From positions 128,001-192,000 of the forward strand of contig CAXXGJ010000006.1 of NCBI GenBank assembly GCA_963677895.2: DNA of 64,000 bases, in the 5' to 3' direction. Source of the DNA: Treponemataceae bacterium. GTDB taxonomy: Bacteria; Spirochaetota; Spirochaetia; Treponematales; Rectinemataceae. Made by a program: the position numbers and the translations under genes. Below the pieces are notes generated by a model. That model saw only the letters and a program-made list of their open reading frames with translations. It had not been told where the DNA came from and made no database searches. The number at the start of each line of letters is the position of its first letter. Position 1 is the stretch's first letter. Positions 47,355 through 58,676 of the stretch are shown one piece after another.

Positions 47355-48989
47355 TTATTTAATCAGATCGATCACGTTTTCGGCGACGAACCATTTGGTG
47401 CCGTTGAAAACCGCCACGCCATCCGAATCCACGGCCTCGCCGTTCAGATAGACGACGCTTTTATTGCGGGGTATGCGCAGTGTCTTGTCGCCCTTGGCGG
47501 CGACGAGCGCGATGTTTTCAGGATCGGTCTTGTCCACCGAAACGGAGGCGCCCATCTTGGAGAACATCGAGACCGCGTCCAGGAAGAGGCGGGAGGTCGT
47601 CGCCTCGAGATCGACGTTCATCGTCGCGGCCATATAGGTGGCTATATCAGTGTTCTTCACCAGGCCGGAGAGTCTTTTGCCGAAAGGATCGTAGCCGTAG
47701 AGGACGACATCCTCGCCGGTATGTCCGTTGGTGGTGAAACCGATCTTCGCGCGGGCGGCGACCATGGGACCGATCGCGTAATTCAAGGAACCGGACTTCG
47801 CGGCGGCAATCGCGGCGACCTCGGCTTCCGTCAGGTCGGAGATTCCCATGTTGGCGGCGACGACTTCCCTTATCGCCTCTTCCTTGGAACGATCGGCCGC
47901 CTTGGCCGCGAGCGTCGCAGCGAGCGCCGCCTCGAGCCCTTCGCCGGTGAGGCTCGCACGCTTGAGCGGATTGATGAAGGTGGTCCAGGAAGTCTTGTCG
48001 TAGCCGGAACTGATCGAGCGATCCCCAATCGAGATGCCCGAATTGCCATGGTCGGTAGCGGCGATGACGACGGTGTTGCCGTCCTGCTTCGCGAAGTCGA
48101 GGGCCACCTTCACCGCGTCGTCGAAGGCGATTATGTCGGTGACGAGAGCGACAGGATCGTTCGCGTGCGCCGCCCAGTCGATCTTGGAGCCTTCCACCAT
48201 GAGGAAGAATCCCTTCTTGTTCATCGAGAGGATTTCAATGGCCTTGGCCGTCATTCTGGCGAGCGAGGGTTCGTTTCCCGAATCCCTGTCGATGTCGTAG
48301 GACATCGCGGTGGAAGTCGTGGTCTTGCCGAAGGTGCCGACGAGCCTGTCGCCTCTGAAGGCGCGCAGGTCCGAGGCGTTGTCCACGTAGCCGTAGCCCC
48401 GCGACGCGAGAATGGCTTTCATGTCCTCTTTATCCTTTCTGGCTTCCGCGTTCAGGTAAGGCGTTCCTCCACCGAGGATGACATTGAGCCCGTTGTACAC
48501 AATCTGTTCGGTCAGGTTGTCGTAATTGGAGCGGGAAGGATCATGGGCGCTGAAATCGGCCGGCGTCGCGTGCATGAACTCGCTCGTGCTGATTATGCCG
48601 GTGGAGCGGCCGCTCAGGCGCGCGGCCTCGAGGATCGTCGCCACCGGGCGCGATTCATCGGCCTCGGGAACCGCGACCCCAGGAAGCAGGTACAGCTTGC
48701 CGATGCTTGCCACGTTTCCCGTCTGGGAAGCCCAGCCCGTGGCGAAGGCCGATCCGGCGGGCGCGGAATCGGCGATGGTCCCATCTGAACTCCATGTGCT
48801 CACGAGACCGCAGGCGATTTCATCCAGCGCCAGCGGGCTTCCTTTATAGAATCTGGCCAGGGTAGTGCCCGCCACGCTCATGCCGTCAGGAATGAGCATT
48901 ATCACGTTCTGGGCGAAGGCCCGCGCTCCCATGCCCAGAATCAGCATCGCCAGGACGACCCCGTTCTTCATGCTTCTTTTCATTTTCAC
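47355..48989 (-). CDS. phoA: Alkaline phosphatase (PhoA family) with a small C-terminal domain
   Basis: IPDGM, ADSAPAGSA, HATPA, FFLMVEGSKIDWAAHAND, TDHGN, HTGEDV. Confidence 0.92.
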   Translation of the reverse strand: MKMKRSMKNGVVLAMLILGMGARAFAQNVIMLIPDGMSVAGTTLARFYKGSPLALDEIACGLVSTWSSDGTIADSAPAGSAFATGWASQTGNVASIGKLYLLPGVAVPEADESRPVATILEAARLSGRSTGIISTSEFMHATPADFSAHDPSRSNYDNLTEQIVYNGLNVILGGGTPYLNAEARKDKEDMKAILASRGYGYVDNASDLRAFRGDRLVGTFGKTTTSTAMSYDIDRDSGNEPSLARMTAKAIEILSMNKKGFFLMVEGSKIDWAAHANDPVALVTDIIAFDDAVKVALDFAKQDGNTVVIAATDHGNSGISIGDRSISSGYDKTSWTTFINPLKRASLTGEGLEAALAATLAAKAADRSKEEAIREVVAANMGISDLTEAEVAAIAAAKSGSLNYAIGPMVAARAKIGFTTNGHTGEDVVLYGYDPFGKRLSGLVKNTDIATYMAATMNVDLEATTSRLFLDAVSMFSKMGASVSVDKTDPENIALVAAKGDKTLRIPRNKSVVYLNGEAVDSDGVAVFNGTKWFVAENVIDLIK

Positions 48990-49155
48990 TCCTTATCCCC
49001 GCAGGGGTTGCCTGAGGATAGCTTGTGAATGTTAAGGGCTCTTTTTCTTTCCATGAAAAATTGGTAAAAACAGAGGTTCATGCCGCGTATGTTCGCTTCC
49101 CTACAGACCGAATGTTTGAAGCGATGCCGTACAAGTTCTGGAATCCTGAGAACGC

Positions 49156-49197
49156 AAAGAGAGGCTGTCTACTAAGTTCAAGCAGACAGCCCCTTTT
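49156..49197. terminator. Intrinsic terminator-like hairpin
   Basis: ggctgtct...agacagcc flanked by A/T runs. Confidence 0.5.
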
Positions 49198-49222
49198 CAT
49201 ATGCCTTGCGCGTGTCTCGGGA

Positions 49223-49567
49223 TTATAGCCTGATGAATTCTCGAACCAGTCCGCCGCCCGAAGGGGTAAGGGTCATAATCGAATTGTCGCTGCTAAATGA
49301 ATAGAAATCGACCTGATTCTCCGAAGATCCAGTCCATGTCATGGTGAGAGTCGTGCTGTCAGAGATCCAGACTCCTGTGGTAGTGGCACCCACGCTCAGA
49401 ATCGTCACGGTTCCAAGGCTGGTACCGTCCGAATTGAAGTCATAATTAGTGGTTATGCCCAGCGTTGTGTTTTCCCATGTCCCGACTATAGGGTTCAGGA
49501 TCGAGGAAAGGTTGCAGCCGGTAACAATGAGCAACGCGACAAGTGCGATCGCAGCGAATTTTTTCAA
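49223..49567 (-). CDS. Small lipoprotein
   Basis: TTG start behind AAGGAG; lipobox LIVTGC; IVGTW beta-rich domain. Confidence 0.75.
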   Translation of the reverse strand: MKKFAAIALVALLIVTGCNLSSILNPIVGTWENTTLGITTNYDFNSDGTSLGTVTILSVGATTTGVWISDSTTLTMTWTGSSENQVDFYSFSSDNSIMTLTPSGGGLVREFIRL

Positions 49568-49617
49568 AATGTACTCCTTAGTCTGAGTACAAGTTACTCG
49601 CGGCGCATCGCATCGTC

Positions 49618-49633
49618 TGTGCGGTACCGCACT
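49618..49633. promoter_or_regulatory. TGTGCG-N4-CGCAC(A/T) palindrome, copy 1
   Basis: TGTGCG-GTAC-CGCACT upstream of the lipoprotein gene. Confidence 0.55.
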
Positions 49634-49771
49634 GACTCCCTATCGGCAAAGCCGTATCCCCAGAATATCGCGAAGGGTATAGGATAAAAGATTTTTCCGC
49701 CCCGGATACTGGATTCGAGCAGAGTGGTTCAACCCGCGCCGCGAGTTCTTTTATAGGTGAGTGGATAATTA

Positions 49772-49800
49772 GGGCGCCCGCTGAGAATCAGCGGGCGCCC
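49772..49800 (-). terminator. Hairpin after the Crp/Fnr gene
   Basis: gggcgcccgctga-gaa-tcagcgggcgccc (13-bp arms). Confidence 0.6.
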
Positions 49801-49825
49801 CTACATTTGCCGCGATCGGCAAGCA

Positions 49826-50581
49826 TTATATAGCTGTGATATCGGGTAACAGCCGGACGAATTCTTCCTTCACGACTTTATAGCATTCGCAGACGCGCGC
49901 TTCGAGTCCGGGTCGGTCCAGAACGGTGAGGCAGCCACGGCTGTAGCTTATCAGGCCGGCATCCTGCAGTTTTCCCGCGGCTTCGGTAACGCCCTCGCGG
50001 CGCACTCCCAGCATGTCCGCGATCAATTCCTGGGTCATGTTGAGAACATTCCCGGATAGCCGATCCATGCTCAGCAAAAGCCAGCGGCAAAGCTGCTGGT
50101 CGATGCTGTGGTGCCTGTTGCAGATAGCCGTCTGAGCCATCTGCGCCAGCAAGGCCATGATATAGCGCATGAAAAGATGCTGCATCGCCGGATCGCGGTC
50201 AAATTCCCGTTTCAGCAGATCGCCGGGCAGGCGATAGGCGGTTCCTTCACTCTGAACCAGCGCGCGGCTCAGCATGGACGCTCCTCCCATGAACAGGGCC
50301 ACGCCCACGACGCCTTCCCTGCCGACAACGGCGATTTCGGCGGTGGAACCGTTTTCGAGCACGTTCAACAGCGAAACGATAGCGGTGGTGGGGAAATAAA
50401 TGTAATGGGTCTTGCCGCCCGCCTCGCTGATGGTCTCTCCCAGGAAGAGTTGCACGCGTTCAAGATGGGGCAGGAGTCTTTGATACTCAAACTCGGGAAG
50501 CGCCGCGAGCAGGTGGTTCTGGCGAGGGTTGGGGGCGTAGGGAGGGCTCGATAAAATGGCCAAAAAGCTCCTCCTTGCCAT
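49826..50581 (-). CDS. Crp/Fnr family transcriptional regulator (start possibly TTG at 50563)
   Basis: NHLLAALP, VGREGVVG, CNRHHSIDQQLCRWLL, TQELIADMLGVRREGVT. Confidence 0.92.
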   Translation of the reverse strand: MARRSFLAILSSPPYAPNPRQNHLLAALPEFEYQRLLPHLERVQLFLGETISEAGGKTHYIYFPTTAIVSLLNVLENGSTAEIAVVGREGVVGVALFMGGASMLSRALVQSEGTAYRLPGDLLKREFDRDPAMQHLFMRYIMALLAQMAQTAICNRHHSIDQQLCRWLLLSMDRLSGNVLNMTQELIADMLGVRREGVTEAAGKLQDAGLISYSRGCLTVLDRPGLEARVCECYKVVKEEFVRLLPDITAI

Positions 50582-50664
50582 TTATTTCAATTATTAATCA
50601 GTATTTTCGCAAGCCCGGGCAAAGATGTCAATATATAGAAAATCGGGACGTATCGACAGCGCTA

Positions 50665-50680
50665 TGTGCGCTACCGCACA
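50665..50680. promoter_or_regulatory. TGTGCG-N4-CGCACA palindrome, copy 2
   Basis: TGTGCG-CTAC-CGCACA between the divergent crp and kinase genes. Confidence 0.55.
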
Positions 50681-50732
50681 GATGGAAGCTCGTTTCGTCG
50701 ATATTCCTAAACTGGATGAAGGAGGATGCTTC

Positions 50733-52256
50733 TTGAACCAGCTCCTGCGTATTCTCATAATCGACGATTCGGAAGAAGACGCCAGCCTTATGCGGCAGTC
50801 ACTCCAGATCGGTGGCTATGATGCGATTTCCGAAATTGTCGATTCCTCGGAGGATATGCTTGCCGCCTTGAAGCATCAGAATTGGGATGTCATCACCTCG
50901 GACCACGGCATGCCTCATTTCAGCGCTCCGGCGGCGCTTAAGATCGCCACGGAAACATGCCCTCTCGTGCCTTTCATCATCGTATCCGGGGAAATCGACC
51001 TCAATCTCGCCGTCTCCCTCATGAGAAACGGCGCTAAAGACTACATCACAAAAACGGAGCTATCCCGATTGGTTCCGGTTATCGAGCGCGAACTCCACGA
51101 AGTGAAACTGCGCAAGGAAATCCAGAAGATAGAGAGCGCCCTGAAGCGCTCGGAAACCCGTTACCGGCGGCTCTTCGAGACCGCCGAGGACGGGATATTG
51201 ATACTCGACGCGATAACAGGCCAAATCCTCGACGTGAATCCCTTCCTTATCAAGATATTGGGATATTCCAAGGACGATTTTCTGGGAAAGATGCTCTGGA
51301 ATCTCGGTTTCTTTCACGACGAGGCAGAATCGAAAAAAGCTTTTGCCGAACTGCAGGAGAAAGGCTACGTCCGCTACGAGAACCTTCCTCTGGAAACAAG
51401 CAGCGGAAAAAAGATTTCCGTCGAATTCGTCAGCAATACCTATATGGTCAACGATATAAAGGTAGCCCAATGCAACATACGCGACATATCCGAACATCTT
51501 AAAGACGAAAAGGAAATCAACAAACTCAATTCGGAATTGGAGCAGCGCGTTCAGGAACGAACCCAGCAGCTCGAGGCCCTCAACAAGGAACTCGAAGCCT
51601 TCGGCTATTCCGTATCCCACGATCTGCGCGCCCCGTTGCGGCGCATCATGACGTTTACGGCAGCCCTTAAGGAAGACATCAAGACCAAACAATGCGCCGG
51701 AAGCAACGAACTGATTGAAAAAATCAACAGCAACACGCAGAGGATGGACCAGCTCATCGGCGCCTTGCTGGACCTTTCGCATCTAACGCGTCAACCGCTG
51801 AAACACGGTATCGTGGATTTGAGCGGCCTTGCCCACAGCATAGCCAACGAGCTTCTGCAAAGCCAACCCGATCGCAAAGTCGTCTTTACCATCGCCGATG
51901 GAATAAAGGTCAACGGAGATAGCCAATTGCTTCGCAGCGTTATGGAGAATCTATTGGGCAACTCCTGGAAATACACATCCAAGAAGGCCGCCGCCGCTAT
52001 TCAATTCGGCGTCTCGCAGCAATCCTCCGGCGACAACGCCTATTTCATCAAGGATAACGGCGCCGGTTTTGACATGGCCTATGCCAACAAGTTGTTCGGC
52101 GCCTTCCAGCGATTGCACAGCGAAAAGGAATTCCCCGGAATCGGTATCGGGCTGGCGACCGTGCAAAGAATAATCAACAGTCACAAGGGGCAAGTCTGGG
52201 CCGAAAGCGTCATGGGAGAAAGCACCATATTCCACTTTACGCTCGGAAAAGATTAG
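50733..52256 (+). CDS. Soluble hybrid sensor histidine kinase (REC-PAS-HisKA-HATPase)
   Basis: ILIIDD, PAS (YRRLFETAEDGILILD), SVSHDLRAPL, NLLGNSWKYT, DNGAGF, GIGLA; TTG start behind GGAGG. Confidence 0.9.
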   Translation: MNQLLRILIIDDSEEDASLMRQSLQIGGYDAISEIVDSSEDMLAALKHQNWDVITSDHGMPHFSAPAALKIATETCPLVPFIIVSGEIDLNLAVSLMRNGAKDYITKTELSRLVPVIERELHEVKLRKEIQKIESALKRSETRYRRLFETAEDGILILDAITGQILDVNPFLIKILGYSKDDFLGKMLWNLGFFHDEAESKKAFAELQEKGYVRYENLPLETSSGKKISVEFVSNTYMVNDIKVAQCNIRDISEHLKDEKEINKLNSELEQRVQERTQQLEALNKELEAFGYSVSHDLRAPLRRIMTFTAALKEDIKTKQCAGSNELIEKINSNTQRMDQLIGALLDLSHLTRQPLKHGIVDLSGLAHSIANELLQSQPDRKVVFTIADGIKVNGDSQLLRSVMENLLGNSWKYTSKKAAAAIQFGVSQQSSGDNAYFIKDNGAGFDMAYANKLFGAFQRLHSEKEFPGIGIGLATVQRIINSHKGQVWAESVMGESTIFHFTLGKD

Positions 52257-52357
52257 AAAACCAGCAGGACGCGGCGTCGGAATTCCATTGCGATCGCTCT
52301 CGAAGATCGATACAATTCCTTGAGATATGCCGTTGACGGCATGCGCAAGGAGTCACG

Positions 52358-53773
52358 ATGATCCAAAGACCGCACAGTATCTTCCTTGCGGGAGAAAAGC
52401 CCCGCCTTGTCGGAATAATCCAAAACCTCGCTCCTGAATTCGACTACATCAGCGTACTGGGGACCGACGACCGCGGCTTATCCTATTACGCGACGCCCGG
52501 AGAAACCCGGACCGCGGAACCGATGTGGGTCCAGCGCGGTTTCGTATTCAGGGCGCAGGACGAGGGCAAGGTCGCCGAATACGCCTGCCCGCTCCTCCCG
52601 GGCAAAACACCGGCCGAAACGGCCGAGATTGTGTCGAAGGAACTCCGAAAACTGCTCGATGGGGAAAATGCCCTGCGTTATCCGCCCATTCCCGACGAAG
52701 CCCTCGTCGAGGAATTCCATGGCTCCATCGATGAAGACCCCTTCGCCGCCGATCCCGAGGCGGTATTGTCCCGCCTTACGGCGATACGGGAAAAACTCAC
52801 CGACGGAAAGATCGTCGTGATGGCCCAGTCCCGCTACGAATTCGTCGATGTATCCAGGATCTTCATTTCCCCTCGCCGCTCCCTTTTCCAGAGTTTCGCC
52901 TGGTCTCAGGCATACCTCTTCGGCGTCGCGCGCAAAGGCCAGAGCTCTAAGATGTCCTATCGCCCCGTTTCGGGCAGAAAGGGTCTGGAAATTCTCCGCG
53001 AGTTGGAAGGCAAACTGCCGGAACTCACCGCTGAGCTTGCCTCCCTCCTCGATGCCGTCAGAATCGAGCCGGGCGAATATGAGGTCATCCTCGATTCCGA
53101 CATGACGGGCACCCTCGCGCACGAAGCCTTCGGTCACGGCGTCGAAACCGATATGTTCTTCAAGGGCAGGGCTAAAGCCGTCGAATACCTCGGCAAGCGC
53201 GTCGGTTCGGATCTCGTGACGATGTACGACGGCGCTGATGGCGTCGATCAGTGCGGCTCCTTCCTCTTCGACGATGAGGGAACCAAGGCCACGAAGACGA
53301 AAATCATCGACAAGGGCATTCTGCTCGGCGGCATCTCGGACGCGCTTTCGGCCCTAGCCCTCGGCATCCCCCTGACCGGAAACGGGCGCCGCGAGGCGTT
53401 TTCCCACAAGGCTTACGCCAGGATGACGAATACGTATTTCGCGCCGGGCTCGTCGAAGCTCCAGGACATGATTTCTTCCGTCAAAAATGGATGGATGCTC
53501 TCCAGGCTCACCTCGGGCATGGAAGATCCCCGCAACTGGGGCATTCAGCTGCTCTGCCTCGTCGGCAGGGAAATCGTGGACGGAAAATTCACCGGAAAGG
53601 TGGCGAGTCCTGTCGTCTGCTCTGGCTATGTCCCCGATGTGCTCCAGGCCATCGACATGGTTTCCGACGATTTCGAGCTCGCCGGTTCGGGGGCATGCGG
53701 CAAGGGACACAAGGAATTGGCGAAGGTTTCTTCCGGCGGCCCCTGCGTCAGGACAAAGATGAGGTTGGGATGA
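52358..53773 (+). CDS. tldD: TldD family metalloprotease
   Basis: LAHEAFGHGVE, FDDEG, TGNGRR, RMTNTY, CGKG. Confidence 0.9.
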   Translation: MIQRPHSIFLAGEKPRLVGIIQNLAPEFDYISVLGTDDRGLSYYATPGETRTAEPMWVQRGFVFRAQDEGKVAEYACPLLPGKTPAETAEIVSKELRKLLDGENALRYPPIPDEALVEEFHGSIDEDPFAADPEAVLSRLTAIREKLTDGKIVVMAQSRYEFVDVSRIFISPRRSLFQSFAWSQAYLFGVARKGQSSKMSYRPVSGRKGLEILRELEGKLPELTAELASLLDAVRIEPGEYEVILDSDMTGTLAHEAFGHGVETDMFFKGRAKAVEYLGKRVGSDLVTMYDGADGVDQCGSFLFDDEGTKATKTKIIDKGILLGGISDALSALALGIPLTGNGRREAFSHKAYARMTNTYFAPGSSKLQDMISSVKNGWMLSRLTSGMEDPRNWGIQLLCLVGREIVDGKFTGKVASPVVCSGYVPDVLQAIDMVSDDFELAGSGACGKGHKELAKVSSGGPCVRTKMRLG

Positions 53774-55161
53774 TGAAAGACACAATAATCGCGGCAATAG
53801 GGAAAATAAATTCGGGAAAGGGGCCGAAGGTAGCCGACTGGCGGCTTATCGGCACGGAAATTTCGCGTGGCGAGCGGTATTTCGTCAAGACGGGCACCGA
53901 GCTGGCGAGGACCGTCGAGGAAACGCGGTATTCGCTCACGGTCTATGTGGACGCCGAGGTTTCGGGTAAAAAGGTTCGGGGCGACGCCACCGTCACGATC
54001 CAGCCCAGCCACGGGGAAGCGGAAATCGAGGCGAAAATCCTCCAGGCTGTCTTCGCCGCGTCCAAATCGAAAAATGCCTGGTTCGACCTGCCCGGTCCCT
54101 CCGCGCCCAAGGTTGTCCTCCCCGTTTCGGGCTTCGACAGGCTGGACGGGCAAAACCGGATGAAATCCGTCCGGGACGCCTTGTACGCCCCCGAGGCGGA
54201 AATCGCCGCGGGCGCTGCGGCGGCGGGCGCCGCGGCCGAACCTGACTCCACGGCCGGTCTTCCCCGCATCAACGCCCTCGAGATTTTCCTCTCCCGCGAG
54301 GATAAAACCTTCTCCAACTCCAGAGGCCAGGAATTCCGGACCTCCGCCTGGAAAGGATACTCCGAATTCGTCGTCGAGGCCGATTCCCGAAAGGGTATGG
54401 TCGAGCTTTTCGACGATATAGAATTCTCCGATCCCGATGCCGGACGCCTTGCCGAGGCCACGCGATCCAGGCTCGTCCAGGTAAGGGACAGGGCGATGGC
54501 GATCCCCATGGGCGCACTAAAGGACCTCCCCGTCATTCTCTCGGGCAGGGAAGCGGAAGAAGTCTTCGCCTGGTTCTTCGGAAATTCCACGACGAGCGCC
54601 ATCTTCACCAAGTCTTCGTCCTTCGTTCAGGGGGCCAATGTCCAACAGGCCGAAGGGGGCGGAAAGGTCGAGGATCCCCTCGACCTATGGGCCGAACCTT
54701 TCATCCAGGGACTCCCCGCCTCTTCGGCCTTCGACGCGGACGGATTCCCCCTCGAACGCTGCGCCGTCATCGAAGGCGGCTATCTCAAAACCCTTGTCGG
54801 CGCCATCCGCTACGCCGACTGGCTGGGCGTGGAGCGGAAAGGCTCATTCCCGCTGTTCTCCGTATCGCCGGGTTCCATGAGCATGGCCAAGATGTTCGCG
54901 AAGCCTCACCTGGCGCCCGTCATGTTCTCGGACTTCAGGCTCGACGCGGTCACGGGCGACTTCGGCGCCGAAATCAGGCTCGCTTATTGGTTTGACGGGA
55001 AAAAGCGCGTCCCAGTGACAGGCGGATCGATCTCCGGATCGGTATCCGAACTTCGGTCCGGCATGAGACGTTCCTCGGAATGCGCCCTCGCCTCCCGCTC
55101 TCTCTGCCCCAAGGCATTGCTGCTGAATGGCGTTTCGATTACGGGGGCGGCTTTTTTATAA
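53770..55161 (+). CDS. PmbA/TldE-like partner protein
   Basis: ATGA-coupled to tldD; FDADG, TGDFGAEIRL, PVTGGSISG; lacks HExxH. Confidence 0.8.
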   Translation: MMKDTIIAAIGKINSGKGPKVADWRLIGTEISRGERYFVKTGTELARTVEETRYSLTVYVDAEVSGKKVRGDATVTIQPSHGEAEIEAKILQAVFAASKSKNAWFDLPGPSAPKVVLPVSGFDRLDGQNRMKSVRDALYAPEAEIAAGAAAAGAAAEPDSTAGLPRINALEIFLSREDKTFSNSRGQEFRTSAWKGYSEFVVEADSRKGMVELFDDIEFSDPDAGRLAEATRSRLVQVRDRAMAIPMGALKDLPVILSGREAEEVFAWFFGNSTTSAIFTKSSSFVQGANVQQAEGGGKVEDPLDLWAEPFIQGLPASSAFDADGFPLERCAVIEGGYLKTLVGAIRYADWLGVERKGSFPLFSVSPGSMSMAKMFAKPHLAPVMFSDFRLDAVTGDFGAEIRLAYWFDGKKRVPVTGGSISGSVSELRSGMRRSSECALASRSLCPKALLLNGVSITGAAFL

Positions 55162-55190
55162 AATATGCGCGTTACTGAACATTTTTCGGA

Positions 55191-56378
<1,188 letters not shown>

Positions 56379-56583
56379 AATACCCTCTTTAGCAAGAATT
56401 TTTTACCCGCCCGCAATTTGGAGAACTCGGCGGGACCATCCCGAATCGGAAAACTTCCTTCGAAAAGGCTTTAGCGGGAGTTTATTGTTTCAGGCGCAAA
56501 GAGTCAACATCGGCGGCCCATGCCGGCCACCGGAAAATCGGAAGATATTTCATTGGAGGATCAATCTTTCCGATACTGATACC

Positions 56584-57684
56584 ATGGGCAGGAAACGCTC
56601 CCGCGGCATCGGTTCCGCGTTCACCTTCATCCTCGTCATTCTCTGCGCGGTGCTCTTTCGCCCCGCGCCCGCCGGCGCCGACGCGGGGGAAATCCCTCTG
56701 CCGACGCTTACGCCCTCCCGCACGAGGAATTCCATACTCGCCGCGGCCGAGCGCCATCTCGGCACTCCCTATGTTTATGGAGGAGAAAGCGTACAGGGCG
56801 TCGACTGTTCGGGATTCGTGTTTCTCGTTTTCCGGGAAGCCACCGGTCATTCTATACCGCGCACCGTGATCGAACAGGGCCTTTGGGCGATGATCATTCC
56901 CAAAAGGGAACTCAAGCCCGGCGATCTCGTCTTTTTCAACCTCGGCCCGGATGCCCCGGCGCCTAAATCCAAACTTTTCGCCAAGACCGCGGATGGAACG
57001 AAGGCCCTCGCAAGCGCGGCCGATCACGTGGGCATCTATGCCGGAGACGGGCTTTTCATGCACGCGGCGAGCGCCGGCGCGAAAACCGGCGTCATAAGGA
57101 ACTCTCTTTCCGAACCTTCGTGGGCCAGGCGCTTCCTCTTCGCGGGAAGAATCGTACCCGCGTCGGCGCTCTCCGGAATGGCCCTCGACTGGGGCGTATC
57201 GGCCAGTTTCGACGCCGAAATTCCCGAGGGCACAAGCCTGGAGGATCTCGGCTTCCGCGGCGCGGGCCTGAGGGTCGCCGTCACCTATCCCCTGTTCAAC
57301 AATTTTTCCATCGGTCTTCAGGGCCGCCTCGAATGGGACAGCCTCCTGGATACGGTCCGTCTGCCGCTGGAACTCCTCGTCGGCCAAAATCAGGGCTTCT
57401 CGCTGTTCGCGGGTCCGGCCCTCACCTTGGGATCGCCCTCCCTCCCAGCCTCGGAAACCGGCCCCGCGCGCGATTACGAAGCGGTCGGCGGCTGGCTGGT
57501 CTCGGCGGGCATACGCTGGTCCCCGCAGATGATCCGCTCAGGGGCCTCCAGCGCGGGGCTCTTCGCGGAACTTCGCTTCAACCGCTACCTGCCCCTGCCC
57601 GGCCAGGCCATCGACCAGGCAGCCGACCGCCGCGCGACCATCAGCCTGGGCCTAGGTCTTCGCTTCCGCTCCGTACGGTATTAA
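56584..57684 (+). CDS. NlpC/P60 peptidoglycan endopeptidase with a beta-rich C-terminal domain
   Basis: Signal peptide; GTPYVYGG, DCSGFV, PGDLVFF, HVGIY, HA. Confidence 0.85.
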   Translation: MGRKRSRGIGSAFTFILVILCAVLFRPAPAGADAGEIPLPTLTPSRTRNSILAAAERHLGTPYVYGGESVQGVDCSGFVFLVFREATGHSIPRTVIEQGLWAMIIPKRELKPGDLVFFNLGPDAPAPKSKLFAKTADGTKALASAADHVGIYAGDGLFMHAASAGAKTGVIRNSLSEPSWARRFLFAGRIVPASALSGMALDWGVSASFDAEIPEGTSLEDLGFRGAGLRVAVTYPLFNNFSIGLQGRLEWDSLLDTVRLPLELLVGQNQGFSLFAGPALTLGSPSLPASETGPARDYEAVGGWLVSAGIRWSPQMIRSGASSAGLFAELRFNRYLPLPGQAIDQAADRRATISLGLGLRFRSVRY

Positions 57685-57703
57685 AACATTCACGATACTG
57701 AAC

Positions 57704-57749
57704 AAAAAGGGCGGCAATCGGAAGGAAAACCCTTCGATTGCCGCCCTTT
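57704..57749. terminator. Bidirectional terminator between nlpC and the rnf operon
   Basis: aaagggcggcaatcg...cgattgccgcccttt. Confidence 0.75.
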
Positions 57750-57824
57750 CGCCGATCAGGCGATAGCCCTCGCCCAAGCCAGAATCCGGCCCGGACCAGA
57801 GCCCTGTTTAGGCTAACGTCCCGT

Positions 57825-58664
57825 CTAGACAGCCACCGGGACCTTTTTCTTCTCGCCCATCACGTCCGTCTCGAGAAGCTTGTAGGAGTGAGTCGGGCAC
57901 TTCTGCACGCAGACGCCGCAGGAGGTGCACTTGGAATAATCGGTGACGGGAATGCCGTTCACCATCGCTATGCACTTTTCGGGACAGCTCTTCACGCAGA
58001 TTTCGCATTTGATGCAGCCCGTCTTGCAGGTCTTGATCACGTTCGCCTTCACCACGTTCCTGTTGGAGCAGAGGACGATGGAACCCTTCTTGCCTCTCGG
58101 AATCATGGCGAAAAGCTTCTGGGGGCATTCAGCGGCGCACATGCCGCAGCCCGTGCAGTTGTCGTAGTTCACATGGGGCAGTCCGTCGGCGCCCATCTCG
58201 AGCGCGTCGAACTTGCAGACCGCGACGCAGTCGCCGAATCCCTGGCAGCCCCAGGCGCAGGCTTTCACGCTTCCGGTCGAAAGCTTGGCGGCGCGGCAGG
58301 TCTTGATGCCCATGTACTCGCCCTTCTGGAGCGCGAGATCCTTCGTTCCCTGGCACTGAAGGACGGATACGAGATCCTCGACGACGGCGGAAACGCCCAT
58401 GATCTGGGACACGGCTTCGGCGGTGGAGGCTCCGCCCGCCGAGCATTTATTGGTCGGGGCGCGACCCGTACCGACGGCTTCCGCGTAGCCGTCGCACCCG
58501 GGGAATCCGCAGCCGCCGCAGTTGGCGCCGGGCAGGGCCGCGCGCACCTCGTCGATCTTGGGATCGCGTTCAACCTTGAATTTCTTTTCGAACCAGCCCA
58601 GCAGAATGCCGATTATAAAGGCGAGCAGGGCGGAAAACGCAGCGGTAATCAATATGGTTGTCAT
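57825..58664 (-). CDS. rnfB: Rnf complex subunit B
   Basis: LPGANCGGCGFPGC and multiple CxxCxxCxxxCP motifs. Confidence 0.93.
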   Translation of the reverse strand: MTTILITAAFSALLAFIIGILLGWFEKKFKVERDPKIDEVRAALPGANCGGCGFPGCDGYAEAVGTGRAPTNKCSAGGASTAEAVSQIMGVSAVVEDLVSVLQCQGTKDLALQKGEYMGIKTCRAAKLSTGSVKACAWGCQGFGDCVAVCKFDALEMGADGLPHVNYDNCTGCGMCAAECPQKLFAMIPRGKKGSIVLCSNRNVVKANVIKTCKTGCIKCEICVKSCPEKCIAMVNGIPVTDYSKCTSCGVCVQKCPTHSYKLLETDVMGEKKKVPVAV

Positions 58665-58676
58665 AGCCTACTTCCC

